From Ramazzottius varieornatus (taxonomy: Eukaryota; Animalia; Tardigrada): a stretch of 64,000 nucleotides of DNA. The notes beneath the pieces are model-generated. The model worked only from the letters and a program-made list of their open reading frames with translations. It did not search any database and was not told where the DNA came from. Location: the NCBI GenBank assembly GCA_001949185.1, contig BDGG01000010.1, positions 1,745,773-1,809,772 on the forward strand, given 5' to 3'. A program made the translations under genes and the position numbers. This document shows, piece by piece, positions 12,199 to 26,790 of the stretch. Position 1 is the stretch's first letter; each line of letters starts with the position of its first letter.

Positions 12199-13871
12199 AT
12201 GTCCGCGGCAAACTTTTTCGATTTCTCGGATAAAGAAGTCATGTTGCCACAGATCAAGGAGATAAACGGAATGTATTACCGATTCCATCCGGTCACCGAA
12301 GCAAAGGATGTGGAGAAAGAGTCCGCCTCTAGGGCACGAAACGTCACTTCTCTAGCAGGTACATGGTGCAATATTGCCGCAGTGCCAAACAGGCCCAAAC
12401 TTCAATACTTCAGCTACTCGCTTTGAATGCGGAACAAGAATCAGCTTTCCAGTCCAGGTGCTTTTTTTTCAGAATCCGAAGCGGATCTTTCATCGGAGGA
12501 ACGTGATATCCTGCGACGTTTGAGAAAGGATCCCAAGGATAACACATACCGCATCGTTCTCACCAAAGAAAATATTCCGAGCATACTCTTTCCCATGATG
12601 ATCGGTAAAGGAGGACAGGCGAAGAGATCCATCGAAGACGAAACGAAAGCGCGCATCGTTTTTCCGCGGGACCAGGAAAAGAACACCTCTATTGGTACTT
12701 CTTACAGGCGTAATACTTCCGGGTTTCTTGGGGTTTGGGCGTACTCGTACGATCTTGGTGATTGTATTTTTGTCTTCCAGAGATCTACAGCTACGATTCC
12801 ATCCAGTTAATTATGTGTCGCCGGAAGCTCCTTCAGTCAGCCCACAATGCGCGAATGCGCGTACCCTTCACTCATTTCGCCTGTTTTCCCGTTCTTTCCG
12901 ACGCCACCGCAGCCAGCTTCAATCGGTTTCGGGACGACGTCATGAAGAAATGTGGCGGTGTAAGTCGACAACATTATTATTCCTTCAACAAACAGCGGCT
13001 CGAAACTTAATCCGTTTCTTCTTCGTTAGCATGTTCTGGTTGTAGACAAGAGGGCTTTCCACGGACCTGTTTCAAACTTCAAACAAACTACATCTAACCA
13101 TCTCTACGCTCGCCCTCTTCTCGCCCCCCGAGTACGACCTAGCCTTCGAAACCCTACAAAACTGTTTCGCCGACGAACTTTGGTACTGATACCCTCTCAA
13201 TTGCTTACCCCTATGCCGATAGTAATTTGGTGTTGTGCTGCTTTCATACTTACTGGACTCAAACCAATACTGGATGTTTTTTTTGTAGGGAGTTACTGGA
13301 CCAAGGACCGCTACGGTGTCGACTTCGAGGTTTAGAAATCATGAATGACGACCCGGCTGAAGTCGACGTGTTATACGCCAAAGTTGTCGATCCAACAGAT
13401 CGTCTTCAAACGATTGCTGACCAGATTTATGAAAATTACATGCACAGCGAGCCCCGTTTTTCGCAAGACAAGTTCGATGGGTTAAAGCATGTTAAGCTTC
13501 ACGTAACTCTGATCAACAGCCGTTATCGAAAAGGTACGGAGCTTGGTGAAGACGACCTCGATCTGCTATCTGTCGCAGCGAAAGCAACGGCGCGGAAAAC
13601 GTTCGACGCTTCGTCCATACTGCAGCATTTCGGCCAGTATGACTTTGGCGAATGCGTTGTCAACGAAATACACATATCACAAAGGTTTTCCACGGGTGAG
13701 AATGGATTCTACAAATGTAAACGGAAGCTCATCTTGGACCCGAAAGCGTTAAAGAATCACTTGCAGCAGAGAGACGCTACGAGTACGGTAAAGATTTCGT
13801 CCGATAGAATGTACAATGACGAACCCACTTGTGAAGTCGGAAACGACGACGAATTCGCGGATGAACGGTGA
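12199..13871 (+). CDS. ASCC1: Activating signal cointegrator 1 complex subunit 1 (KH + 2H phosphoesterase/AKAP7-like domain)
   Basis: Spliced. KH GxxG loop (MIGKGGQAKRSIEDETKARIVFP), PFTHF, two HxT motifs (KLHLTIS, KLHVTLINS), GLEIMNDDPAEVDVLYAKV, and C-terminal IHISQRFSTGENGFY. Confidence 0.92.
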
Positions 13872-14011
13872 CCGTGCAGTGTCAACGGTGACAGCTTTGT
13901 CGCTTTGCTCTGTTACTGGCGCTGTTTGTCTTCGTTCGAGTTTCATTTTTATTGCCACCGGACTGATGGGTAGGCGGGATTTCAAGCGTCCCGTCTTCCC
14001 TCACTTTACTT

Positions 14012-15160
14012 TCATTCCATCACATAACATATCAGGAACAACAAACTAAAAGCTGCATTCAGCTGCGCAGTTCTGTGCGTCAGATCACTCATAGTTGCCT
14101 TCGAATACCTGTTTTCCAATAGAGCTGCCCGCATATTCTGTTCTACAAATTTTGCTAAGCGTATGATAGAAAGAATAATAAAATAGAAGCAAGATCGCGT
14201 AAAAGCAAGGACCAAGGCCCAGATCAAAGGGACATAAAGTAATAGAACAGACAAAAAATACGCCCACTTCCTGCTTGCCGAAGAGGCGGAAATTCCTCTT
14301 CTGTTCGCACTCCTTTCGCTACTTTCTTTCAAACCATCACTGGTAAGAACGGTGAGTAAGATACTCAAAGTCAGAGGAAACCCTCGGACGATGGGAAAGT
14401 AGGAAAACCGTCCGCAAGCTGCCACATAACAAAAAAGGCTGGTCACCGGTCCAACTACGCCAGCAGTTACGAGATCACGACACAGAGCATCCATCGTTTC
14501 AGTACCACCGGGGAAAAAGAAGCCACTACTCAAGCCACCGAAAAACAATAGGGCTAGATGTTCCACCCGAGCAGGAGAAACTAAAAGGAGGAAGACAAAA
14601 GCGACGCATCCGCCCACATAAGCACGAATTCCGAGTTCCTCGATCTGGTTTCGGTTGGGGAGGCGCTTGTCGTCCGCAGGCTTCTTATTGGCATCCTGCA
14701 AATGGCAATGGTATCCCGTAACCATACTTGAAGATACATGAAGGAGCACGACGGCGCCGAGCCCGAATACGGTGCTAAAAAGTCCGAACTTGTTCGCATC
14801 CTTGTAGGCTGCCGCAAAACCGAACAGACCGGAAGTGACTGGTGCTGCGAGCGATGAAGGTCCAACAATCACTAAGCACTGTCTGATCTTCCCACACATA
14901 ACACTCGCATATCGCGAAGCCTGGGTGCAGAGGTTAGGCAGTTCAGCGGAAAGATCCAGCAGGGATAAACACGGTCTGGACAATGTTGGTAGTGTCGCAA
15001 AGACTTCCGGTTCATGTGTCAACACCTTCCGCCGTTGAGTGGTAATTTGCGGTTCCGCACCAGCCTTCTCCTCAGAACAAACAGTCAGCTGATCCAAACT
15101 TGTCACAGATTTGTGCGTAGAGATCTCAGATATCCGTGGGATTCGCTCCATCGTGTCCAT
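14012..15160 (-). CDS. UbiA-family UBIAD1/heixuedian-like membrane protein, highly divergent, intronless CDS
   Basis: SPARVEHLALLFFGGLSSGFF and DLTHRTAQLNAAF match UBIAD1 segments ([28 protein letters not shown]); multiple TM helices. First ATG at 15160, frame open to 15280. Catalytic Asp-rich motifs are absent. Confidence 0.8.
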   Translation of the reverse strand: MDTMERIPRISEISTHKSVTSLDQLTVCSEEKAGAEPQITTQRRKVLTHEPEVFATLPTLSRPCLSLLDLSAELPNLCTQASRYASVMCGKIRQCLVIVGPSSLAAPVTSGLFGFAAAYKDANKFGLFSTVFGLGAVVLLHVSSSMVTGYHCHLQDANKKPADDKRLPNRNQIEELGIRAYVGGCVAFVFLLLVSPARVEHLALLFFGGLSSGFFFPGGTETMDALCRDLVTAGVVGPVTSLFCYVAACGRFSYFPIVRGFPLTLSILLTVLTSDGLKESSERSANRRGISASSASRKWAYFLSVLLLYVPLIWALVLAFTRSCFYFIILSIIRLAKFVEQNMRAALLENRYSKATMSDLTHRTAQLNAAFSLLFLICYVME

Positions 15161-15565
15161 CGCATTTACGTCCGACGCGTTACGAAGCAGCACTGTATGG
15201 TTGCGCACCACTCGCCAGTCCCATCGGCGGTATACTATCTCCCTGATTTCTCCCGCTGCGGCGTATCCGACCTGTAGCACAAGGAACGTTTACGGATTCC
15301 GCTCTTGCTCAGGTGCCTTGTTAGCCAAAGAACGGAACATGGTCATTAGCAATACGGCGCGCGGGAATGAAGTTATAATTATTGAAATACCGAATAAAAT
15401 GTTACTGTAACGTCGTCTTTTTCAAATTTAAGTATGCACCTCCACAGCTTCCATGTGTCGAGTGTCGACTGGCCGACGGGCTACGCCCAATGAGCTGTTC
15501 GTTGTCGCTGCCAGATTGATTGCTTGATTCACAACAATCAGATCTGCACACAGCAGTGACAGAGC

Positions 15566-15691
15566 CACTGGCGAGCTGCTGAACATCGTGTTGCACATTT
15601 GATTTTTTGATTGCTGCGAGAACGTACGGTTGATTAGTTGATGGGCACTACTTTTAGTTTGTGCAGCACGATGTTCAGCAGCTCGTCAGTG
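15566..15691. mobile_element. 126-bp hAT-like MITE
   Basis: 32-bp terminal inverted repeats (15566-15597 / 15660-15691, 2 mismatches, CA...TG ends) flanked by a perfect 8-bp direct repeat GACAGAGC (15558-15565, 15692-15699). Confidence 0.85.
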
Positions 15692-15706
15692 GACAGAGCC
15701 GACAGT

Positions 15707-15738
15707 TTCCGACTTTCCGTCTTTCCGCCATCTTCCGA
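15707..15738 (+). promoter_or_regulatory. Putative housekeeping core-promoter motifs (YY1-like CCGCCATCTT, repeated TTCCG)
   Basis: CCGCCATCTT at 15725-15734 inside four TTCCG repeats in the divergent promoter. A similar CCGCCATTT occurs at 11818 upstream of ASCC1. Confidence 0.4.
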
Positions 15739-15872
15739 ATCTGTCAAAATTCTTCTCACTGGATATTCCTCTCCTCACTGATCGCCCTACTCGCGACCCT
15801 CGTCCTCTCGTTAGTGAAGCGTTAGTATCCTCATGAGGACGACGATCGCCACTTTTGCATCTGCTTTCTCTT

Positions 15873-17576
15873 ATGGATCACGCCTTGGACACCGCAAGAA
15901 TTTTGACAGATTCGGAACTGGAGCAAGCTGAGTACACCGAAGGAGAGGTGTTACTTGTCGACGATTCGTCTGATATTCTGAGTAATACTGCAAATTATTC
16001 CGCAAGTCCTTCTCGATCGGAGCCTCTGGTGAGTTTCGGCATCAACTTAAAAGATGCGAACTTTAACAACAAGTGAATACTGATGGATCATCGTAGGAAA
16101 TCTTTCAAGAGTCCGAAAATCAGCTGGACGAGCTCTTCCACGATCAACAAGTGTATTCCGAAACCAAGATGCTGCCTACACAGCGCGAACCGTCTGACCT
16201 GAATGCATCCACAAAGATGGACACAACATCGTCTTTCCATATACCGAATGTGCAAGATGCGTTAACATCTGAACTACGAAGCATGAATGGATTGAGTTCT
16301 ACTATGAACGGAAAAGATGCTGCCGGCCGAAGTGGACAGAACTCTGCAGACACATCGCTAAATGGTAGCTCTGACCATAGCGCACATATTACTGTGCTAA
16401 AAGATGCGTTCACGTCGCTGTTTCGGGCGCCAGCAACACCGCGCTTGACTTACAAAAGCCAGGCTCTGTCTCCGCGGACAAGCATGCACAAAAGGTCGCC
16501 CACCTTACTCGACGATCGTCATAAGAACACGCCGGAAGCCCGAAGAGCTCGTTCCATCAGGTTATTCCACACTTGGAATGCAAAAAGGTATAACGTAGTG
16601 GAGATTTCGACCATACGATGGTCGTTTCGGAGGTTGTGGTTCAGTGTATACGTATATTGAAGTAGGAGAATATTGCAGAGAGTACACAATAGTACTGTTA
16701 GGATCTCTTTTATAAGGTTTAACCTAGTTATCTGTTTTACAGAAAGCGACAATGCGCTGGGATGGAGGAGCTGCTGAAGGCAGTAACTTGGCAAATGTAT
16801 ACTTCGCAAGACAAACGGTAAGAAATTCTATCACTAATATTGCTAGGTTCGCCGCTTTGTTGACTGCCGACCGTATAGCGGCCGGAAGTTGCATGGAAAT
16901 TTCATCTACTGAAATTTCATCTGGATCTTTGTTTTGCAGGTTCAATGACTATGATCCGTTCAAACTGCCTTTGGATAACGATTTCAAAGACTACAGGCAG
17001 GTCGTTAGAAGGTACGAATGTCACCTCTCTTACCGCAAGCGCGAATATGTCGAAAAAATTTTCGTATGCTTTTACGCTGCAGCGCTGTCACGCGATAGTT
17101 GGCTATGGTCCGAAATACGATGTGAACTCATTTCAGGCCTTATAGCCTGACGGAATTGACGGCCAGTCTTGTGAAGACGCATACGCCGTCAGCGTTCCCG
17201 CACGTCGATCTTACCCGAATTCCCTGCAACGCAATTGCGTACAATCACGCACACGAGCCGATTGCTAATGAAGCGCAGAAGATGCTTTCGTGCATCACAC
17301 GAATTACAAAGGTAGGCTGGATCACGTGCTGTCTGTTCCGATTATTTCATCGATACATGATACCTTTTTTCCCTGCAGTTAGCCAGCTTCGTCAATGCGG
17401 AAATCAATGATTTGAGCGATCTTGGCGTGGATCATTATCGTCATAAGCTACAGGCGGAAGTGGCGCGCACGAAAGCCAAGGCGAATGGAAAGGAACGCAC
17501 GTCAACGGCTGCCGCAGTCGATCGGGCCTCTGCATCGAGGCGTCGGAAGCCTGCTTCTACCAAAGGACCTCGTTAA
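15873..17576 (+). CDS. Bromodomain-containing protein (BRD8-like single C-terminal bromodomain)
   Basis: Spliced reading gives DPFKLPLDNDFKDYRQVVRR|PYSLTELTASL...VDLTRIPCNAIAYNHAHEPIANEAQKM, the bromodomain pattern (F..P, DY..V.RP..L, D....NA..YN). Acidic, disordered N-terminus; basic tail ends at TAA 17574-17576. Confidence 0.75.
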
Positions 17577-18370
17577 GCCATAAGGACCTGGGATCAGCGT
17601 GATTATCATCTTCTTCCACCGCAGTCTCTTGTCTGTAAGGTCTGTTTGAGTTTTATCGAATCGCTGTATACCCCTACCCTAAGTCTGTCTGACACGAGCA
17701 GTCACTGGCTTCGAATTTTGATAACCGTTCATGCACACGAGATCTCGTTCGATATACTTTTGTACTGAGACTATCTCGCTTTCAAACTTTGTCTTTTTGC
17801 AAGAATACCAGGTAATATTTTATGGTAGCTGTTAACTTGCAGTTGCAGTATTCGAGTTTACATTGATGAGTTTTGATGTCTGTTTACTATCATCCGTCAC
17901 TTGGAGGGAACATTTGAATAATTATTGTGTGTTGGAAAAAGTCACTTTATGAGCAATATACTGTGACACACCCTCGTATGTCATTTGCAGTTTGCTCAGT
18001 TTGCTGAAATTGTGATAGACTTCCGAGTGCTGCAGCTCCCGCCTTCTGCGCACCATCCTCGTGTTTTCTCGTGGATTTGGTTGTTGTCGTATGACAGCTT
18101 ATTACAACTGGTGTCATGAAATATTCCAGTTAATTATCGTCTCTTTCCACAACGTCGATCCCGCTCGCGTTTTCGGAAAGGATAATCGATTGCTTAACAA
18201 TCTCCATCGACATCCAATATAGCGGAGAAAAGTATGTTCCCTGTTTACAGTATAAAAGAAGCCACATGGTCACTCTATATTGGTTCTCTGTTACAGTGGA
18301 TTCCGCCGAGCCTTTTTCCATCTTTGAAGGACGTGGTCTTAAGTCATTCCGTCAAACGGTCGAGGTCTCG

Positions 18371-19573
18371 ATGGAGCGTCGATTCTCCGCTCCCAAGATC
18401 GAGGGTAGGTCTCCCGCTTTAATGAGGCACCGCTTTGGGATATATGTGCTTTTGAAAGGTTGTGTGATGGAATAAGAGCTTTGGATTTAAATCCTCCGGG
18501 CCTCAGGATATTGTTTGCTGCTTTTTAGTACAACGAGATTGTACAATAATCCCAAAGGAAGCTTGTGTTTTCCTCGCGTACGATTAGCAGTCTGCAACAG
18601 GCGCTGACATCAGTGGTTTTTTTTCTCGTAGAACTGCGAGAGGCCTTTCGGATCTTCGACAAGGACGGCGATGGGTCGATCACAAAGCAGGAATTGGGCA
18701 CCGTGATGCGAAATTTGGGCCAGTGTCCATCGGAGGATGAACTGCAGCAGATGCTGAACGACATCGACTCCAATGGTAGGCCGCCGGAAACTCGTGTCGA
18801 GGGGCTTAATTTGTGATGTGTGAGACCCGGAAACAGATCTCAGCCCCGAGTGATGCATCATACAGTAAAACAGTAAAACACTTTGTTTGTAGGCGATGGC
18901 ATGTTCTCCTTCGAGGAGTTCGTCGACATCATGTCCAACATGGGAGCTTTCGATTCATCGAACCCGGAAGACGAGGAGAAAGAACTCCGGGATGCGTTTC
19001 GGGTGATCTAAATGATGAGGACTATTTTAGGCGTCGTTTACCAGCTCGACGATCATTAGCTTATGCTGGGAACAAACCTCTTACTTACAGGTTTTCGATA
19101 AACAGTGCACTGGATACATAACGTCATCGGACTTGCGAGCGGTTCTCCAGTGTATGGGAGAAAGCCTGACCGAGGAAGAAAGTAAGAAGCTTAGCTGCTC
19201 GCTGGTGGAAGGTTCTTTCTGTCCAGTCCTTGTGCTGGGAGCGGGCATTGAACAACAAACTCAAGCAAAGCGATGTAGAAACCGCTAATCGATTCTATTT
19301 TCAGTTGACGATATGATATCGGAAGTCGACCTTGACGGAGATGGAAGGATAGACTTTGGCGGTACGAACTATCCTTGCTGTAGTGTATCAACGCAACCCT
19401 TCAAACAAACTCATGCTACTGCCCTACGGACCGACGGTGAATCTCATAGCCGGTGTATTTTTCGTTCTTCTGCAGAGTTTGTGGCAGCGATGTGCGAGAG
19501 CAAGCCAAAAGACGGCTCATCCTTCCAGTCTAAACGCGCAAGCATCACGGCGGAAGACTCTCCTGGCTCTTGA
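18371..19573 (+). CDS. Calmodulin-like EF-hand protein (not canonical calmodulin)
   Basis: [37 protein letters not shown]|[16 protein letters not shown]|[33 protein letters not shown]|EF. EF3 is non-canonical and there is an extra C-terminal tail. Confidence 0.9.
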
Positions 19574-20171
19574 GCATGCGCAGCACAATATGTGATATGA
19601 AATCGGTAGATCTCAAGTACTGTATATTTCGCCGACCAGGAGCTGGGGCGTGCAACAACTAGTCACGAATCATGGGCAAGAACTGGTCGAATGGGCTATG
19701 CATGTCGTATCCATCAACATAATTGATCTTTGCGATAGCGAACATACAGACGGCAGATATCTGAATTTGCGTTTAAAGTGTACAAAGAATTGAATCGCGA
19801 AAATGTACGAATGAGAAGATAACCCGCCCAATTGACGGCTATGAAGAACAGACAAAGTCTGCAAATGGAGAGAGATCAAACAAAACACAGGGCTCGATGA
19901 AAGTCTGCTGCATGCAGTAGCAGCAGTTCAAAAGCCAACAATCGAGAATACTGTGCGAGCTAAAAGGAGAAAACTGCCAACCTCACATAAGTATCACAAG
20001 ACGAGATCAACAGATTTAGTTGCAAGATTGTGACGACCCTTCAGTCCTTTCGTGTCGGGTTAAGAAAATGAAAAAGGCGAACGAGAGGCATCACAAGAGG
20101 GATACGGTCAAATGAAAGGTAAAAATTCACAAAATGAAAAAGAAGGCCGGAAATGCGTGGAGGAATCGGGC

Positions 20172-22267
<2,096 letters not shown>

Positions 22268-25098
22268 GGCGTGAGTGGGCCAGGACCTTGATGGAGGAAA
22301 TGAAACACCGTCAGCTGAAATAGAGGAAACGAATTTTGGATTTCGCGTTTGGTTATAAAAAGCTCAATCAACACACCGAAGTAATTCAAATGAGGCAAGC
22401 TGGAAATAGACCAGGAAGAGATACGCCACTGCTTACGCACAAAGAACCTTCACTGTGTGCAGATGCCAAGTTCGAATTCCGTCCTCATCAACTTGGAAAC
22501 CCTACCAGCAATAACAATGCACTATCATATGCATCGCACGTACAGAATGATGATACCGATGACTACTCCACACCCTTTGATTGCCATGATGATTAATAAA
22601 TCTGCCATGTACCAATATTATAGTCAAACTGGAAATAAAGCGGCGAAAACTCTGCCGGCTAAACGCCAGATTTGTTACATGAACCCAAATACTGTTGTCT
22701 AATCTTCCAGCCGAAAACGTCCTGCGTAACCGGCACGACCTATCATCCAGTAAAGAGACTATGCATGTCCAAAAGTCAAAATTTTAAACAGCCTTTCGAA
22801 AGCAAACGTTGATGAAAACTTTGCCCTTTTTTATAACCGATTACACTGTACAAGAGACATCAGCATGACAGCAGTATCAGTTGCTTTGTTCTTCCGGCTG
22901 GATCGTCTGGTTCGGCTGACCTCTCTACATTCAAACTCGGATAACAAAGCACACTGGACAAAGACTTACAGCAGCTTGCAGTTTCCTTATCCCTTCGGCT
23001 CCTTCGCTTCTAACAAAGATGGCGGTCCAAGAAGGGTTCCTTCCCAGCTTGCAATGTCCAGCAGATCGTGGAGGATATAGCGAGATGTCCTTTGTGGCAA
23101 GAGCTGCTCTGGTTTTGCTCGTCGCCCACCACCGCTGACAAAAAGCCTATTGCCGAGTAGCTCTTGCTTGCAGTGCTTTCTGTTCGGCCTTCAGTTCAAT
23201 GCGGAGATGCTGACACCGCGACTATACAGCTGATTCGATCCAGTTGCATGCTCACTGCAAACAGCTGTTCGCCATCGAGACCAAGAGGAGAATCGTTCAA
23301 CCGCGGAGCCTTTCAAGCCAACAAGATTATCGACCGTGTATGTATATACCAGTATTCACAAAGCAAGCCTATATAACCGCAGTATTTTCTCTCCTAGCTC
23401 GCACCGAACCGCACAGCAAATATATCAGAGTGCGATCGGTCCCAACTTCTGGCAGACAAAGCAGCTCTTGTGCATGGGAATTAAAGCCGGTATAGCGGAA
23501 GCGAAGAAAGACCATCGAGCTCGAACTACACTTCTTTCTTCAAACAAAAGCAGCAGAAAGGTCATGAGCAAACGGAAGGTGGACGGAAGGAAGGGAGGGA
23601 CTGTACACCGGTGAGTAATAATGGCGTCTTGAACAAGGAAGAAGAACAATTATGCAGGCGCAAAGGACAGCACACCCTTGATTTGCTCTATATATTCGAC
23701 ATTGCTCACCAGGTACGGCCTAATGAGTAATGACGGTCGCTGTCTGCGAAGCCTGCCTTTGTCCGATTCAACTTCCATTGAAACAAGGCCCCACTTGAGA
23801 AATACCTCCCAGCGCTCAGATTATCACAAAACTACTTTCGAGCCTTTCGTAGCGGATTATCTATTAACATACCACCTTCTCTCCCATTCGAGCTGAAGCA
23901 CTCGGGCCAAAGATGTCTTTGTTAGTTTGCGCATAATGCGATATATTTTCTTTGTCTCCTCAGAGAAACGTAGAAAGAATAATATGTGCATACGGGAGAA
24001 GAGCAGAAAGGCTGCTTTTTTGACATGCGGCTCTCGGCTGCCGGGACTGCGATACACTGTACTGGCATTGGCATGATCAGGGCATGGTCGCGTGCGAAAA
24101 CGCAGATTTTAATTTCGTAGGTTCGAACCAGCTGGACATAAGGTTCGTATGAAAAGTACGGTCCATGCAGACGGTTGAAGAGGTGAAAAGGTATTCGAAA
24201 GGATGTTTCAGGAGGCTGAAGAGCTAGCTATCTGAGTTCTTTCGACGGCCACTCTCGAAGAACTCACATGAGCGTCGTTTGGCGAACTCCGCACGGTTAA
24301 TAAAGTTATACTGTAGCATAACAAGCGAACGTCATGTTACGGACTGATGTGTGACATGTCCAACCACGACAGTATATAGTCGAGTCATGGTGTTTCCATG
24401 AGGCATGGAAATTAATCGCGGAGTCGTTTCGCATGTGTGAGGAAAGTAGAACACGGGAAGGATTGACTAGGCTGCTACAGATTTACTCTGCGCCTAGCGC
24501 TCGTGAGAGCTCCTTTGTTTCCGGAATTATCTGCTGGTCAGCAGAGGCGGCACTTCGCGATTAGATTTAGTATTAATAGAAGCAAACCCTATAAAGGGAA
24601 ATTCTGGAATTTCATTCAGTAAACTGGGTTTCTTTGATTTTCCAGGTTGTTGTTCAAATCACCCAGACGATCGAACAGGCATTGTCAATCGGATCGGACT
24701 TTGGACCTCTCCCCACGGCTGGCCGTTTCCAACGTTATGTTGTCAGGATCGCTTCGGTGTGACTGTGAGGTAAGCCGAAGATATCTTTGATATCGTTTCC
24801 GGTACGCAATTAGTAACACTGAAAAAACTTCACTATTTTGCCACTGCCATTGTATATGCGCTGATACGGTATGCTGTGATCGATACTGTGAGCGTCAATC
24901 TGTCTAGCGAAATTTTTGGGCTTGTTTCATCCTGTCCTTGGTGTTGTCTCATTTCAAAGTGTATATCTCATCATCTGACTCAGTGTGATGAGTGTTGAAT
25001 TTTGACCCAATCAAGCCTATGTATTATAGATGACGCAGCGACCCATGAAGAACCAGCTGACGAGTTCCATATAGTGAAAGAGATACCTAAGCTGGAAC

Positions 25099-26279
25099 AT
25101 GCATCCGGATAAGGGACTTCTACAGCCGTGGGAGCTGCTTCACAACCTGCACCGAGGCTCTTCCGACGTGGACTGGTGCGAGGGAAACTACGTCGTGTCG
25201 TCCTTCATCGCGGAGTTCGTCAACACCCTGAGCAACATACTCTTCCTGGTCGTGCCTCCATTGCTCATCTTCCTCTTTCAAAACTATGCCAAAAGTGTAC
25301 AGAAAAAAGACATTTTCATAATATGGGTGCTACTGATAGCCGTGGGGCTTTCTTCGGCGTACTTCCATGCTACACTGTCTTTCGCGGGTCAGATGCTAGA
25401 CGAACTGGCCATTCTGTGGCTCATCTGTGCGGGGTTCGCTATCTGGATGCCTTCACGATTTCTTCCGGTTGGCCTGCACCGACGAGCTTTCAAGATGGGC
25501 ATGCTGGCCATTACGATTACGGGAACGATACTGGCCTGCATTCGCCCGGTGGTGAATGCCTTTGCATTGATGACTTTTGGAATACCCATCACGGTGATGC
25601 TGGTGGTGGAAATGCGCCGGTAAGAACCTACAGTCTTTCCCACTGTAACTTTTAAACTAAGATTTTATCCGTTATTTTCTCTCGTTATAGGTGCAAGAAC
25701 GACAAGATATACCGGTACGCAGATGTAGCTTCTCTTTCACTGCTGATTACAGGAAGCACTTTTGGTCTCGAGCTTCCGGGTACTAATCCCAAAGCTAACG
25801 CAGCTGTTCCGCAGGTTGGGCATAAGGACTGTGATACTTTTTGGATCCGCAGTCTTTTGTTGGTTGAACGACAGGTAAGTGTAACCAGAAGGTTCCCCTT
25901 ATAGATCGAATGGTCGCGGACCCTGAACTCTGTTAATAGTTATGTGTTGTTTCAGACTGATGTGCGAAGTATGGCTGAAGGTATGTTTTCCTTGAATTCG
26001 TTGAACGAACGGTACGTTATTTCGAGCACAAAAATGAGGAACCGATACGGTTCGTTGTTGATGCAGTGGCGGTTCCCATATCTCCACGGACTGTGGCACA
26101 TCCTGATCTTTCTCGCGGCATATGCCTGCTGCGTACTGTTCGCCTACTTTGACGCTGCGGAAGCGGCTCCTGGCTACACGCCTCGACTGCGATATTGGCC
26201 AGTCGACTCTTTCGAGTTAGGAATCCCTTACGTAACGCTCTACCTACGAGAGGACAGCTCGAAGCCGCATGATCTGTGA
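25099..26279 (+). CDS. ACER: Alkaline ceramidase (CREST family)
   Basis: VDWCEGNY, EFVNTLSN, SAYFHATL, QMLDELAILW, FPYLHGLWH. Includes two ~24-25 nt micro-exons near 25691 and 25956. Confidence 0.93.
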
Positions 26280-26790
26280 AGGAACTCTCTCGCCGTGTGT
26301 GATGAAAACACCGGTGCTTGTACTCGACCACAAACCGGTTATTTCTCGGAGAGTCGAAAGCCGCTATAACTGAAACAACGCGAAGAGCACTCTACCTACT
26401 TTCGTGTGATGTTTCCCTCGTGTTCCATAAAATGTTACATGCTTTGTAACTGCGGAAGTTCATTCGACATCTGTGATTCCTGCTTCAGTTATTTAGTTAG
26501 TCGAAGTACACCTCATTCTCGTTTTATCAATCTCCCGTTCGTGTTAAAGTTTTATGATGCCTGGAGGAAGAACGATATCGTACTGAACAATCAGTCATAC
26601 CAAAGTCCACATTTCGTAGTTTTATAGTCCTGTTTTATACATCTCTCTAGTATCACAACGAGTCGTCTTCCTAGACATTAGATCACAGCCAGAAATTCAA
26701 TTGTGGGTAAATCTGTTTGAAAGAAATGAAACCTTTGAGTAGACACAGTAGATACAAGTTTTGATCGAAACGACGAAAGACTGGGTTCCG

